Part shown: piece after piece, positions 24,531 to 38,319 of the stretch | Layout: each line of letters opens with the position of its first letter | How positions within the stretch are numbered: position 1 is the stretch's first letter | Origin: Girardia tigrina | Taxonomy: Eukaryota | Assembly (NCBI GenBank): GCA_001938485.1 | Contig: MQRK01234846.1 | Location: 1 to 64,000 of the forward strand | Direction of reading: 5' to 3' | Length of the DNA stretch: 64,000 nucleotides | Program-made: the position numbers and the translations under genes | Notes under the pieces: generated by a model | What the model saw: only the letters and a program-made list of their open reading frames with translations | Database searches by the model: none | What the model was told of the DNA's origin: nothing

Positions 24531-24621
24531 CGTAATTAAAATTATTTATAGTACAAATTTTAATATAATAACAGAATTATAATTATTGACTTAAATGTTT
24601 TGAATAATCAATTCGTTTCAG

Positions 24622-24704
24622 GATTTGCTTTGTTCAAACTGTGAGAAACATTGTGCTATCGACGAAATAATTACTATAAGTCTCTGTAATCACCAATTTT
24701 GCAA
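24622..24704 (+). CDS. RBCK1: HOIL-1L-like copy 2, exon 5: first half of the extra RING finger
   Basis: tttcag|DLLCSNCEKHCAIDEIITISLCNHQFCK|gtaat, phase 0 to 2. Confidence 0.85.
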
Positions 24705-25769
24705 GTAATAATAATAATTATTATTATTATCACAATAATAAACAATAATCACTCTTTTAAATAACCATTATTATTGAAATTTGTTATTGCATTATAATAA
24801 ATACATAAGATTGAATAATTTTGACTTAATTCGAACGGAAAACATAATCGAATTTATCTACTGGAAAGATGAAATGATGTCGCTATAGAAAGAGAAAGTT
24901 TATTGTATATATTAATAAAATTTCAGTTAGTAATGAATGATCCGATGTCTTGATCATATAGTTTTGTCGATAGTATCTATCATTTTATTTCTGCAATCAT
25001 TTTTAAAAAACTTATTCACTAATTTCTTTTTACTGAAATTATATGAATGAGTCTTATTTAAATATTACTTGGAGAATAGTAATCTTGAACTTTATTCAAC
25101 TGAGATAAATTCATAAGGAAAGAAATAAATTTAAATATTCCTAGAAATAAGTCCATGAGAAACGTTGAAACAGAGATTTAAAAATTAAATAAAAAATTTC
25201 ACAACAAATTAATGTAATAGAATGAAATACATTTCAACTTTACTGAAAAATTTTAATAAATTTATAACAATAATAAATCCGTTCGATTTTGACTGACAAG
25301 ATTAATTACATTCAGTAAATATTCGATATTTTAGTAACTGAAAGGTTTTTAATGTTTGACAAAATGTATATAACTTAAATATTTATTAAATTTTTATGAA
25401 ATAACTTACGTCATATATTTCTAGAATACAATCAGTACATAAGGAAAATAATTACAATAACTACAAAATAGTGGCGTATTTATAACTTTTATGAAGAGTA
25501 ATTAAAAAATTTACCTTTGAAGCCTCATTGAAATTCAATAATCGAGGACAAGTGTTTATTAGATTTATTAGGTAAACTTTTCGTATGGTTGGTCTAATCA
25601 ATTATATTTTGTAACCTACAATACAATTTATAGTTGGTACTCGACGGATATTTCCGGAGTTTAATTTCGGGAATTAAAATTTAATAAAATATAAGTAATC
25701 CGTTTTTAAAAGAAAAAAATATTATTTAAAACAAAAGTAAAAAGTCGACATTTTCATAACAAATTTTTA

Positions 25770-26000
25770 TTTTTATTGGCAATTAATTTCAACTGTATAA
25801 CCGTCATCGTCAGGTCATCAAGAAAATATGAATTTAAATTGCTTATACATGCAAACAGTGATTATGCAATCATTATCAAAACACTCTCAATAAGGTGGTC
25901 TTAGGATTAATCTTAAGATATAAAGATCTAATATATAATGCTTCACACGTAATTCTCTTCCAATAATCATTAAAACGAGCGCAGAAAATTTTGAAGTTAT
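25770..26000 (-). mobile_element. Penelope-like 3' fragment: GIY-YIG tail and hammerhead-like motif
   Basis: NFKIFCARFNDYWKRITCEALYIRSLYLKINPK, homologous to 3200-3300. CTGACGA..GAAA core at 25777-25819. Confidence 0.75.
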
Positions 26001-26727
26001 TTAGTTTATTGTTGAAGTTGCTGTTTGATGTGCCTGGGATATGTTCCGGGCATCTCGTGGAACGAGCTGAGTGGTTGTGTGCTGAAATATGACACGGGAA
26101 GATACGCTCGTCGATCGATAAAGTTTACCATGTTTTGGTGGCGTTCGTACGTTCGAAGGTTTGCCAACACACCCGTCCCCACCGTGATCCAGACGAAGAA
26201 AGATCGTGGCTCAGTCGTTGTTCCCCTTGACGAGTCGATTCGAATTTATTAATTTTCAACACAGCAATTACAAAAATTTATTTTATACAACAACTCATTT
26301 TTAAAGGATTTTTCTTGATTTCTTTTGGGCAAAGTCTTCAATTCCTTTGTTCATTGTACATATACTAACTATATCGTGTTATTATCAATAAGTCATAAAA
26401 TTTAAAACATTAAAATCATTTTTCTTTAAGACCTTCAAATTATCACTGATTTTTATCCACTGTTGACCGGCAATTTTACACTAAATCTATCTCATTTCAC
26501 CTGCTATTATTTGTTTATAATAAAAGGGACATGTCTAAATACAATGAAAAAAGTTTTTGCAGTATTCTTTATTGATCTGGGTTTCATAAATTGAAGTTGC
26601 TAAAGCAAGTGTAAGCATGAGTTAACTCGTGATTGGTCAACAATATGTAGAGTACTGATTATTAAATAACTTAAATATCATTTTATGACAGATTATGTAA
26701 TTTTTTAATTTTATCTATGTTGTATAG

Positions 26728-26827
26728 GAACTGCGTTTCAGAACACATTTTGAATTTTTTAAAAAATGGTTTCAAATGTCCAAATAAAGATTGTCTAAGA
26801 ATTTTGTGTGATCACGAAATACAATTA
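26728..26827 (+). CDS. RBCK1: HOIL-1L-like copy 2, exon 6: second half of the extra RING
   Basis: tatag|NCVSEHILNFLKNGFKCPNKDCLRILCDHEIQL|gtaag; 100 nt, phase 2 to 0. Confidence 0.85.
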
Positions 26828-27250
26828 GTAAGACATGATTTGTTTTTAAAAAAATTGAAGATATTTATTAAAATATTAAAAAGTTTATTATTATTAAATT
26901 TAATTATTGTAAAATAATTATAATTTTTATCAATGGTTCTAAACTTAAAATATATAAATTTTTTTATTCAAATTTTAATAAATAAATTAATATTTCATAA
27001 TTTGAGCCTTATGTATCTGTATCTACTATTTTTTGCTATTTTAATGTTTATATTAGGTTGTAAGATTTTTTGTTCATGTTTGTTAACTAAACGTTTGGAA
27101 AATTTCTGTTATGAATTGCAGTCAAAGATTTAATAAAACATTTAGATCCTACATGCAATAATGTTATCCGTTAGATACACAAAGAACCAAGCTAATTGGA
27201 TTAATAATAATAAAATTATCATTTAAATAGAATATAGGACAATTAATAAT

Positions 27251-27900
27251 ATACGAGGCTAAATCAATTATTATCCGGAATGTGGTTGAAAATCAACTGT
27301 AATACAAAGAAGAAACGTATGTGTACATAATCTTTCTACTTTGTGCCATTAATTTTCAATGTACTTGATCCTTTGTTGCACAAGCTTCTTGAAGCCCTCT
27401 TACAAGACTGCTTTTGGTTGAGCCATAAATGCATCACTTCTTTCACTACTTCATTTGAGGTAAATCTACGATCCTTTAATTTCTCTTTGAGCTGACCAAA
27501 TGGGGATAAAATTAAGATTATAAGAAGAATGAACCAGTACTTTAAAGTTGAGTTAATGAAGTGTTTTACAGTGTGAGTAGCGGTATATGAACGAAAACTG
27601 TCTTGCAAAAACAAACCCCCGTTTGACAGCAGTCATCGACGTTGGCTTTAAATTATATGCTAGAACTTATCAGTAAGCATCTCACTATAACGCGAACTGT
27701 TTTTTGTGTATCTTTACTGATACTGCTAAAATACTACACCTTGCATGGTGAATTTTGATGTTTCGATTCAATGCTTTTCCGCTTACTCCCGGGCTCGTAA
27801 TAATAGATTAATGTTTCGTCATCAGTAACGATTATATTCAAGATGTCAAGTTAACAATCATAACTATCTAAATGGTTGATATAATTAACTCAATAATGGG
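27251..27900 (-). mobile_element. Degenerate mariner fragment
   Basis: FGQLKEKLKDRRFTSNEVVKEVMHLWL; TIR-like tacgaggctaaatcaattatt at the left end. Confidence 0.75.
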
Positions 27901-28316
27901 AACTTAACTGAATGTAATATAAGCAAATTCAGTGAAATCATCTTTTGAGAGAACTGTGAGTGAATGTGTGATATAACTATATAATTAATTTAATCAAATA
28001 TAAAAAAACGATGATTATGAAATAAACACATGGACCGAGACACAATGAATGATGATCACAATTAGATGAGAATAGAGATAGGTTACGATCACTTGAGATA
28101 AGTAATAAATGGTTCTTACGTTTAGTGGATTGTTTTTTAAAACGTTGTTGCAAATGCCTAGATAACTCTGAACAATATTTTCGTTATTGTATATTGACTT
28201 GTCAGACTGGGAAAGCTATGGAAATTGATTGATACTATGAACAGTTGTATTGATTGAGTATTCTAGATAGTTCGTGTTGCCTTAAGAAATTTGTAGGATT
28301 GACTCGATTATATTAA

Positions 28317-28544
28317 CCCTTTCGCAGCTGCTGGGACACATATGTCCCAGTGAATGTTTCAAAAGGCTGTTGGGACATATATGACCCATCATAAAAGACG
28401 AATGGGATATATTTGTCCCAACCTCCCCAGCCCTGAATAAATTTCCAAAAAAAACTTTTAAATAATAAATTTCAGACCGGAATAAACATTATATATTTAA
28501 CAAAAATTATCTATAACTTAAAACGGAAAGCCGCTGCGAAAGGG
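28317..28544. mobile_element. piggyBac-type MITE
   Basis: TTAA|ccctttcgcagc ... gctgcgaaaggg|TTAA. Confidence 0.9.
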
Positions 28545-28605
28545 TTAACCAAGTAATAGAGATGGCCTGTTGTACGCAAAATATTCAAAGTGTTTGAGTG
28601 ATAAC

Positions 28606-29175
28606 TAGTGTGTTACTTTTCCAGACATTTTTTGACTCCAGGGATTCGGGATTGGAAAAAACTTTTTCCCGGGATTTCACTCTTATTAGATTCAACAATA
28701 AAAATGTTTGGTTTTGTTTACTTAAGATGAGCACACAAATGATTTATATATGTTTATTGAAATTTTATTTGACAAAATTTAATAAAAATATAAATAATAT
28801 ATTTATGTATTTCAAATCCATTGAATCACATCAAAATAAATCAAATAAGTTTCATTTAAATCAAAATAATTATTAACAAAACAAATTGAAATATATTTTA
28901 TTTTTTTATCATGTCTAATAAAATAAGTTTTAAGGAAACATAATTCATTAATTGACTTGTCAGTTAGATTTGATCGTTTTTTGGAACAAATATCTACTTT
29001 ACTGTAAAATTAAATACCTGATAAATTATTAAATAAAATTAAATTCAATTTCAAATATTTTAACATCACATTGAAAGTCCCGGGAAAATTTTTCGAATTC
29101 CCGGGATTCCGGAAATCTAAAACCTAGCATTTTCCCGGGAAATTTATCCCAGGATATCCCGGGAGTAACAAACTA
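28606..29175. mobile_element. hAT-type MITE with cccggga subterminal repeats
   Basis: TIR tagtgtgttact / agtaacaaacta; 8-bp TSD gtgataac / gtcataaa (2 mismatches). Confidence 0.75.
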
Positions 29176-29389
29176 GTCATAAAACTAAAATCAATAAAGA
29201 ATTTTAGCGAGCTGATTAATTTTTTTCGAATTGAAATTTCTGTTTTCTTTTGTGCCACGATAAGTAATATTCGCTTTGCTATTTATTTTATTATGTATTT
29301 TTTAATTTTAATTTATCGCTATGCGATTTTATTGATTTACTAATTTGTTTTTTTTAATTTTATATTAATAATTCATCATCTTGCATCTG

Positions 29390-31700
29390 TAATCGATAAG
29401 AAGACTTGGAACTATGTCCAACTGTCATCGGATTTCATTGTGTATGGGGTAATCTATTGAAAGTGCCATGTAAATTCAGCTTCTGTCTAAATAAAACCTC
29501 AAATGGAATACATCCGATAGAGCTTTGCCAAGTTGTATTCAGAAGAAATTAAATTTTTGGAAGTAGTTCTTTCGAATCTAGAGAATCATTTTGAGATGCA
29601 CTAGAAGTAACTACTATATCATGCAATGAACGAATCGTGCGCTCTGCTAATCCATTGGATTGATGTTGGTACAGAGTCGAAAATTCTTGAGTTATATTGA
29701 AGGTTTTACACATCTACCTCAACTTGTTGCCTTCAAAAGTTTTTCCCCTGTCTGATAAAAATGATCTGGGTTTCCCGAATCAATAAATCCATCTATTTTT
29801 AATAGCAGCAATCATCGTGTTTTCATCTTGATTACGAAGTGGTATCAATACAACGACCTTGCTAAATCTATCAACCATCACAAGTACATATTGCTTTCCC
29901 GTTTTAGAAAGTAAGAAAATGTGCAATATCCATTAAAACTTCTTCAAATAAAGTTTTATTATCTCGAGGTAAAAATGTCTCCTTAGATGGTGTTGTTAAT
30001 ACCTTCCGTTTTGCACAAATAACATATTCTCTAGAAACTTTCTCAATTGTCTGCCGCATTTGTTGCCAGAAATAGATATCCCGCATATATTCATACAACT
30101 TCTTATATCCTATGTGGCATAAATCTTGATGAATGTACTGAATTAATCGTTGTTGAGTAGCTCCTGGGACAACCACGCGTTTTATGTCCATCCCGATAGC
30201 ACAGCATTTTTTTCTAATAGTAAGTGATTAATGTTTTCCCACAAGGCACCTTGTGACTGATCTATTGAAGGTGGTTCATTAAGTTATAATGAAGAAATAA
30301 TTTCCAGAATATTTTTATCTTCTCATTGGATGTCCTTGATATGGTGGAGATCCATCGTTCTACAAGTGTTTAAATACTTTACTTTACTCTTACTTGTTTT
30401 AGCTCCAACATGTTTCGCCATACATTGAGCGCACAATGCTTCTGACAATCTTGAGATCCCATCTGCATTTGAATGTTCTGATCTTTTCCTGTACTGCAAG
30501 TCATATTGAAAATCCGTCAGATCTTCAATCCATGTCTGAAATTGAGAACTGAGTAGTTTGCTTGTCTGGGACATAAATAAAAGTACTTTATGATCGGTAC
30601 GAGCCAAGAACTTTTTTCCATACAAATAATGCTTGAAATGCAGCATGTAGTTTCTTAATGCTAGCAATTCCTTTCTGGTAACACAGTAGCCCTTTTCGTG
30701 CTCACTAAGGGTTCTCGATCCGTAAGCTATCACCCGTTCCGATCCATCTTCTTGAATTTGACTCTCCAATAGCAGAGAAGCTGGCATCTGTATCTAGCAC
30801 CATTTTTGGTTAATATTAGGGAAGCATAATACCTGACTTGTTCTAATAACTGCTTTTCAGGATATTCACTTCAGTTTCCAAATGAAGAGGTAATCTTCTC
30901 TAATTTATGGTCACTGGTGAACCAGTTGTTTTAATGTGGTGTTTTAAAACTGTTGTGTGTCCCAAATCGAAAGTGGAAGCCATGAATATATCTCCACATT
31001 GTCGAATGAGGTTATGGATATTCTTTGAAGCAAAAATATTAAGAGCTTTGTCCACTCTCAACTGAGTATTTATCTGTACAGCTGATTCTTGTGTCTCCAT
31101 CACGAATACTTCTTTAAGATATACTCCAAACATCATGATGTCTATGCCACAGATAAAGACTGGTATTAAGCCCTTCACAACATATACTTCTATTGTATTC
31201 TATTTGTAGTCCCTTTGAACGTTGATTTTACTTTTACCTAAACATGCTCCACTGACCGACGAAAAAGCATCCATCAACTTCTCACTTGACGGTTTCAACG
31301 GTGGACCACCTATTTCCTTCCAACATGATACATCCATTACTGAAACTGAGGCTCCTGAATCCCACAAAATCTCGAACTCTGTCACATTGCACACAACCCT
31401 GCTTCATAATCTAACATATGTCTTCTGATACATCTTCTTATTCTTCACCTCGTAGAAGCATGTCAAAGGCAAATGACATTTCCATTTGGTTAAATAACGC
31501 AAACTCCTTTGTTTTGGCCAGCCATTTCCCTGCGTTGTCAGATTTACCATTAAAAAATGATACCTTCGGTGCTAGTGCTTCTTGAATCGCAAGTGATAAT
31601 TTTGAAATTTTCATCTCTCTTCCGCTCTGCTCACTGCGCAAATCACCGGTTTGGCTTCGAGATTTGAGTGGCTGTGGTCGTCAGTAAGAACACAATCGAA
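29390..31700 (-). mobile_element. Degenerate Ty3/gypsy element, most of RT deleted
   Basis: gag 31438-31641; PR LWDSGASVS; RNH IAYGSRTL..YCVTRKELLA..TDH..NADGISR; IN HHCC and DIAH..QSNGLAERTIRS. Confidence 0.9.
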
Positions 31701-31731
31701 ATCCATCAAGAATATATATATATATATATAT

Positions 31732-33258
31732 ATAAATTCTAACACAAATAATCAAATATTAAAACAACAACAATAATTGAATATTAAAATAACATTCAAT
31801 TATCCTACTATATCAAATAAAAAAATTAATGAAGTAACTAAATCAAAAAAAAATTTTGTTAAATAAATCATCATCCAATTTTATCATCTCCGTAAATTTG
31901 CAGCACTTAAAATTTTACTACTTACAAAATTTTATCGCGGATAAAAATTTTACAATTAATGAGAATTTATCAATTTTATAATTTTTCAAAAACAAAATAC
32001 CTTTTATATATAAAAAATTAATTGCTCAAAATAAAAAATGAACCGATAAGAAAAAATAAATGTAAATAATAAATGTGATTTAAAATCTTATTCGAACTAA
32101 AAAAATCAATTGTTTAAATATTCTAAAAAAAGAATTTATTATAATAAACCACTGTTATCGCTAATTAAATTTTTTTTCTCAAATAATATTTATTAAACTT
32201 TTAATAAGAAACATTTTTTAAGATTACCATCAAGCTATGTTGTCATTATTTAATGCAAAATGTATATTGTGATTTTTCAATCGATTATTTAATAACTAGC
32301 GCGCTCGGCCCGCTTCGCGGCCCTCTCTTGCCGGGGGTTCAATTTTTTTTATATTATAAAAGTCCAAGTCACTCACTGCCTGCCTCACTGCCTCACTAAT
32401 GCTGTAAGGNNNNNNNNNNNNNNNNNNNNNNNNNNNNNNNNNNNNNNNNNNNNNNNNNNNNNNNNNNNNNNNNNNNNNNNNNNNNNNNNNNNNNNNNNNN
32501 NNNNNNNNNNNNNNNNNNNNNNNNNNNNNNNNNNNNNNNNNNNNNNNNNNNNNNNNNNNNNNNNNNNNNNNNNNNNNNNNNNNNNNNNNNNNNNNNNNNN
32601 NNNNNNNNNNNNNNNNNNNNNNNNNNNNNNNNNNNNNNNNNNNNNNNNNNNNNNNNNNNNNNNNNNNNNNNNNNNNNNNNNNNNNNNNNNNNNNNNNNNN
32701 NNNNNNNNNNNNNNNNNNNNNNNNNNNNNNNNNNNNNNNNNNNNNNNNNNNNNNNNNNNNNNNNNNNNNNNNNNNNNNNNNNNNNNNNNNNNNNNNNNNN
32801 NNNNNNNNNNNNNNNNNNNNNNNNNNNNNNNNNNNNNNNNNNNNNNNNNNNNNNNNNNNNNNNNNNNNNNNNNNNNNNNNNNNNNNNNNNNNNNNNNNNN
32901 NNNNNNNNNNNNNNNNNNNNNNNNNNNNNNNNNNNNNNNNNNNNNNNNNNNNNNNNNNNNNNNNNNNNNNNNNNNNNNNNNNNNNNNNNNNNNNNNNNNN
33001 NNNNNNNNNNNNTTGATATTTTTTCACATTTATTTTTCAACAAATAATACTATTATTACGTCAACAATTATTACGTCAGCGTTAGTGAAGCAGGCAGTGA
33101 GTGACTTGGGCTTTTATAATATAGATGATTATTAAATAATTATTTAAGTTTAGTTACTTCATTAATTTTTTATTTGACATAATAGGATAATTGAATGTTA
33201 TTTTAATATTCAATTATTGTTGTTGTTTTAATATTTGATTATTTGTGTTAGAATTTAT
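31732..33258. mobile_element. MITE/foldback with about 110-bp TIRs, hosting a Helitron
   Basis: ataaattctaacacaaataatc...gaagtaactaaa is inverted at about 33149-33258. Confidence 0.7.
32296..33125 (-). mobile_element. Non-autonomous Helitron-like element
   Basis: Minus strand A|TCTATATTATAAAAG ... GC-rich hairpin-CTAG|T. Subterminal inverted repeat tattataaaagtccaagtcactcactgcctgc. Interior is an N gap. Confidence 0.7.
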
Positions 33259-33351
33259 ATATCAATAAATTGAATTTATATTTCAATAAATCAAATTTAT
33301 TAATCAATTTATGGAAGATTATTTTAATGAAAAACTGTTTGTCGTTTTGAA

Positions 33352-33640
33352 CAGGGCTGCGGAGTCAGACTAAAATTGCCCGACTCCAACTCCTATATTT
33401 TTAAAATGTCCCGCTCCAACTTTGACTCAGTCTTAGACTCCGACTCCTCTTTAGGTCAATTTATAATATTTGCTATTATTTGGTCGGAGTCGAGTTTCAC
33501 GACTTTCCATATAAATAATGCTTGAAATGCAACATGTAATTTCTTAATGCTAGCAATTCCTTTCTGGTAACACAGTAGCCCTTTTCGTGCTCACTCAGGG
33601 TTCTCGATCCGTAAGCTATCACTCCGACTCCGCAGCCCTG
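33352..33640. mobile_element. hAT MITE (GGAGTC-repeat family) containing a gypsy RNase H piece
   Basis: TIR cagggctgcggagtc, 8-bp TSD gttttgaa. About 33503-33622 is near-identical to about 30614-30733. Confidence 0.9.
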
Positions 33641-35489
33641 GTTTTGAAAACGAAATTGAAATCGTTTGTGAAATCTTTGTGTGTCGTTCAGTGCAATATA
33701 TCCGATCACGATATGAGTTACATCTTGTCTTCTGTTACCATGGGAGCTGCTGCCCGCGGTTTCAGGCTCCTCTACATCACTCATAATCCTGTGACTTCCT
33801 TCCTGACTATCCACCGCTGGCGCGATCCACTAAGGCGCTTAGTTCTCTTACAATCAACTTGAGAACATTAGATTCATTCTGTTACAATAGATCTGTGACA
33901 AGCATGACATCTTTCCATTTTACGAGCTCGTTTCTCATCAAGGTCTCATACATGTGCCGATTTACGTTCATAAATTAACAGCCGGCGAATGGATGACACA
34001 AGCCAAAGATGATAGTCGGATCGAAATGATCCTCAACTACTACAACTACCGATATACCGTTCTCCGGTATTCGGCCCGCGTCGTGAGCGGGTGTGATAGC
34101 GGCCCATACAAAATTCAAACACCATCACTCACCGGTAACGTTTTTTCTACTACTGAGAACCTTCTCCCCTTACTTTACAGGATCCGGTATCGACGACCGA
34201 GCACGTGGACACCTTGATCCGATTGGCGAACTTGAGGCCGACTACCACCAAAAATAATAAAACCCCCATTCATATGCAACTTTTAAAAATAAGGTTCGAC
34301 GAATGCGTCGGAATTAAATAAATATAAAAAAGTAATAGAATAAATAAATAAGAATATATAATTATAGGTCGTAATATATCACACATTAATAAAAAATGAT
34401 TTTTAATGTCATCCATGAAGTAGTGGTGAATGTTGGTAGTGAGGTAAATGTCTACGTAACTATATGAGTTGTTTTGGGACACTTGTTGTACAGACTTGGT
34501 TAAAGTTACGGACATTACATAGTTACTCGTCTGCAATAATATCATATCACTATTTTCCTCATTTGGGACGGTAAATAGGGGTTTTGTTGCTTCGTCATGC
34601 GTAACACTCGTAGGATCATTTTTGAAATTTTAAATTAATTCGCAGACTTTGATTAATTTCAACACCTGGTACATCTTTCTATTACAAAAAACGGATTATT
34701 TAACGTTGCTCTTCAGTGCAAGCAGAGGAAGGAGCAGCCTTTGTTAACGGCACGAAAGTGACAATCTAAGTAACTTAACATGATCTAACATGTGCCGACA
34801 TTACGACAATTATCCCCGCATGCGTTACCTACGCTTTTCGACTGTACTGCCAAAATAAAAAATATAACCACATTCCGGATAATATTTGACTCACTCTTAT
34901 AATATTAAATCTGTGGCTATGCAGATTGACCACGCTTTTATGCGGATTCACTTTATTTCCTCCGAAATTTCGCATTTTATTAGCATATATATGACGTTGT
35001 GTACTAAACCAATAAAATTTTGAAATATTATAAAAAAATATAATTAAACAAATAAAGCTATTGAAATCAAATATTAATATCAAAAGAAACTAATAAGATA
35101 TTTATTTAAAAATTAATAAAAAACTAACATAATTAAGTATAAAAAAGTTGTTTTAGTAAACTAAAAAGGCGCAAAAAAATCGATTTACAGAAACAGTGGT
35201 GGATAATATTTTCGTTTGACAGTCCGATCTCTGTAAATCTTCATATCGGTAAATGATAATAAAAAAATTCTTATCGTATGCCGAATTATTACTTTTATGT
35301 AGAATACAACAGCGCAGAACGACTGACCCGGCAGTCGTTAGATATATTTTTAATATTTAAAAAATTGTCGACCGGCTGGAATCAGGTTGTATTTATTCTG
35401 TCAACTTCTATGTCTCATTTCGTTTTAGGAGATTCTACACCAGATATTATTACGACAGTATCCCACACGCGTAAAATATGATTATAGTG

Positions 35490-35900
35490 AACTTTGAGCA
35501 TGACTGACAAACCGTGATTCAGATGATAACGAAATTTTGCAAATTTATACTAGATTGATTTTTAGCAAAATAATTAGTAAATAAAAGATAGAAATCGTCA
35601 TTTATCAATTGAATCAATATGTTATAAGTATTGTCATAAAAATTTTCATGATACACCTTGTAGGAATCATCCAAATTGGCATTATTAAAAATCGGTGTTG
35701 ATTTAACAGTCGGTTGACCAGCACGGTTTTTGGTTGATTTCATCATTTTTCTCGGCGTCTTTCAGGAGAGGCGCTGCACTGACAGAACCGTCTCGGTGCG
35801 GGATATCCAGATTGACTACGTCCTAGCGTGAATTCTCTCTGGTTCCTTCGCGATTTCGCATTTTTATCATAGTAAGCTTTGAGCATGACCGAAAAATGAG
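35490..35900 (-). repeat. Dispersed Helitron-associated repeat; related pieces near 34915-34995, 39073-39352, 50678-51360 and 53680-53900
   Basis: Shared gaccagcacggtttt..gacagaaccgtctc..cagattgac..gtggattc..cgcatttt core. Confidence 0.7.
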
Positions 35901-38319
35901 ATGATCGATTTTAGATATATATATATATATATATTTAAAAATTTTCTGTTATTTTTATATTTCAAAAATATTTTATTAACATTATCAATAGCGCTTTCAT
36001 TACTTAAATTTTCACCGTTAAAATATTTTAGATTTGCACAGGAGCGTAGCCAGGATTTAATTTCAGGGGGATATCGATGAACATTACACAATTTCTGCCA
36101 CACTCACACACATTCACACACACATAATAACACACACTGACATCGATTAGGATTTTTTTGGTCCTGTTAAATAGCGTTTCCATACTGTTTATTGTTTAGT
36201 AAGAATGAAGACAGACTGGACATTGAAATTATAGTGTATTCTACAGAAATTGTAAGGAATAAAGAATTTAATAAAGATAAGAATAGCTAAATTTATATTA
36301 AAAAATCCAGTCATCGTTGGTTTTGGAAAAAAAATTCTTCCAGTTCTTCAGCAGCACTGACTGAAACATCGTAGTACATTTTACAGCATCACCCGACCAC
36401 TTAATCGGTTGTTATTCATGGTACTTCTCGTATTTGTTTTAATTTAGGTCAGAGCGGAAAATGTTGTTTCTTCTGTAGCAGTTATCACTGAAAAAGTGAG
36501 GAAAATTTGTAGAAGTTTTTTAATATTTGGAAAATAGTGGATATAACATTGACAAAATGCTTGAAACGCTGTCACTGGCTGGTCTTTGGGGAGACACTGA
36601 ATCTACTTTTCTGAGTAAATGCAAAGCTCCGATGGTAATTGCCGCTTATCGATAGGGGTTTCATAGGGGGCACGAGAGATAATTAGGATAGCAGAGAACG
36701 AGTTTTACTGGAAGGCGGGCTTGCTTTATTGCAAGTTGGTAGAGGGAGCGTGCAATCTCAATGCGGTATTTATTCTGTTCGATTCGCACTTCTCGAACTA
36801 TGTGAGAAAGCTTTTGGTTGTCGTTGAGGCGCATGCAGGGCTCAAGAGACACCAGGGACAGAAAATGTGGCTGAGAGTGCTCAGGCAGAACCAGCAGCGA
36901 GCGGTGCACCGTCATGGTTCAGGTGTATGACATGGTATTCGCAGAAGATGGCGGCAACACCAGCAGTTGTCTTCTGATTGGCAAGTTGCGGCAGCTGATG
37001 AACGCGCTCGACATGATGATCTTGGAGGTCAAGATGACGACCAAGGAAGAGCTTCACGCGCAATTGAATCTGGTGCTGTGTTTGTACCTGGTGGGGTTCT
37101 CAGATTTCATGTCATTAGGAAAATTTGTAATCTTACAAGAGTCTTGTACCTGGTATCGCTACGATGGATTAAGGCGGCATCTAAATCGGTACAAGCCAAG
37201 CTACCGATATCGTGGAATCGTTGAAGTGTAGGGGTTTTGCTTTGGTGTGAAAGATCTGGTGTCAGGTGGTGCATAGTGATTATTGCATGTCAGTGAATGT
37301 ACGGTGGGATGTTGCCATTGTCTGTTGAATTCCGCGGCCCGGCGGCAGGTCAATGGGGGTGATACTTTTTCGGTTTGGGAAACCGCTGCGAAGTGGTCGG
37401 GTAGAGTCTTTTGAACGCTGTCGATGGGCTGTGGGAGGCTATCGAGACAGAGGCTGTGGTCAAATCGAGTTTATGGAATCTGGTCGGTCAAGTGGCGAGT
37501 GCGAATGGTGTGCCGCTGTTATTTGATCCGGGTTTGCGGTTGGTACTCCTGGAGCTCTATAGATTGGTATATTGGACGGAGCTGGTTTTCATCGCCTTAG
37601 TCGAGTTCTGTTGGCGTATCTTGTTGGCTCGGTCCGCATTTTTGGATTCATAATGGTTGCTGGGGTCTCCGTCACGATTGGGGTTTGGAGTATACTTTTT
37701 GTGACCGAAAAGACTGATAACGAGCATTTGGTGCGTTGCTACGGGGTGAATATCAGTGAGTTGAATTCGCGACAGACAAAAGAATTTGTCAGGAGTAAAT
37801 TTGATGAGTAGCAAAAGAGACGCAACTGGTCGTTATTTATTTGTGTGGCACAATCGATTACACTATTATTAAAGGGAAATATCAACACTAAAATGTTTAT
37901 GTATAAATTTATCAAAAGCACATATTAAATTGCCTTTTCTTAGGAAATTTATGCTGTAAAATTATAAATTATTTAAACAAAAAAAGTCCATCATGCTCAA
38001 TCCAGAAAATATTATTTTAATGTTCAATCACAAGAAACACTATCGTGACAGGGACTGCACGTACAGTTTGCTGATAAACAAATTATATTGAAAAACATGA
38101 GCAAAATATTCATTTAGTACAAAAAGCGATTATTCACACATTTTTTTACAAAAATTGATTGAGAATTAATTATTCGATTTTTGTGCTCGATTAATTTCAA
38201 TTTAAAGATTTTGACGATGAACGAAAAATAATTTAAGATTAACTATTTAAAAAAATTAAAATTTAAAAGTGGGTAAATTTATAAAAATTAACTTTTTATT
38301 AATTATATTTCGTTTACAC

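Noticed and set aside
33650-34830. GC-richer segment with weak gag-like character
   Set aside because: No motif could be assigned with confidence; probably decayed LTR-element sequence.
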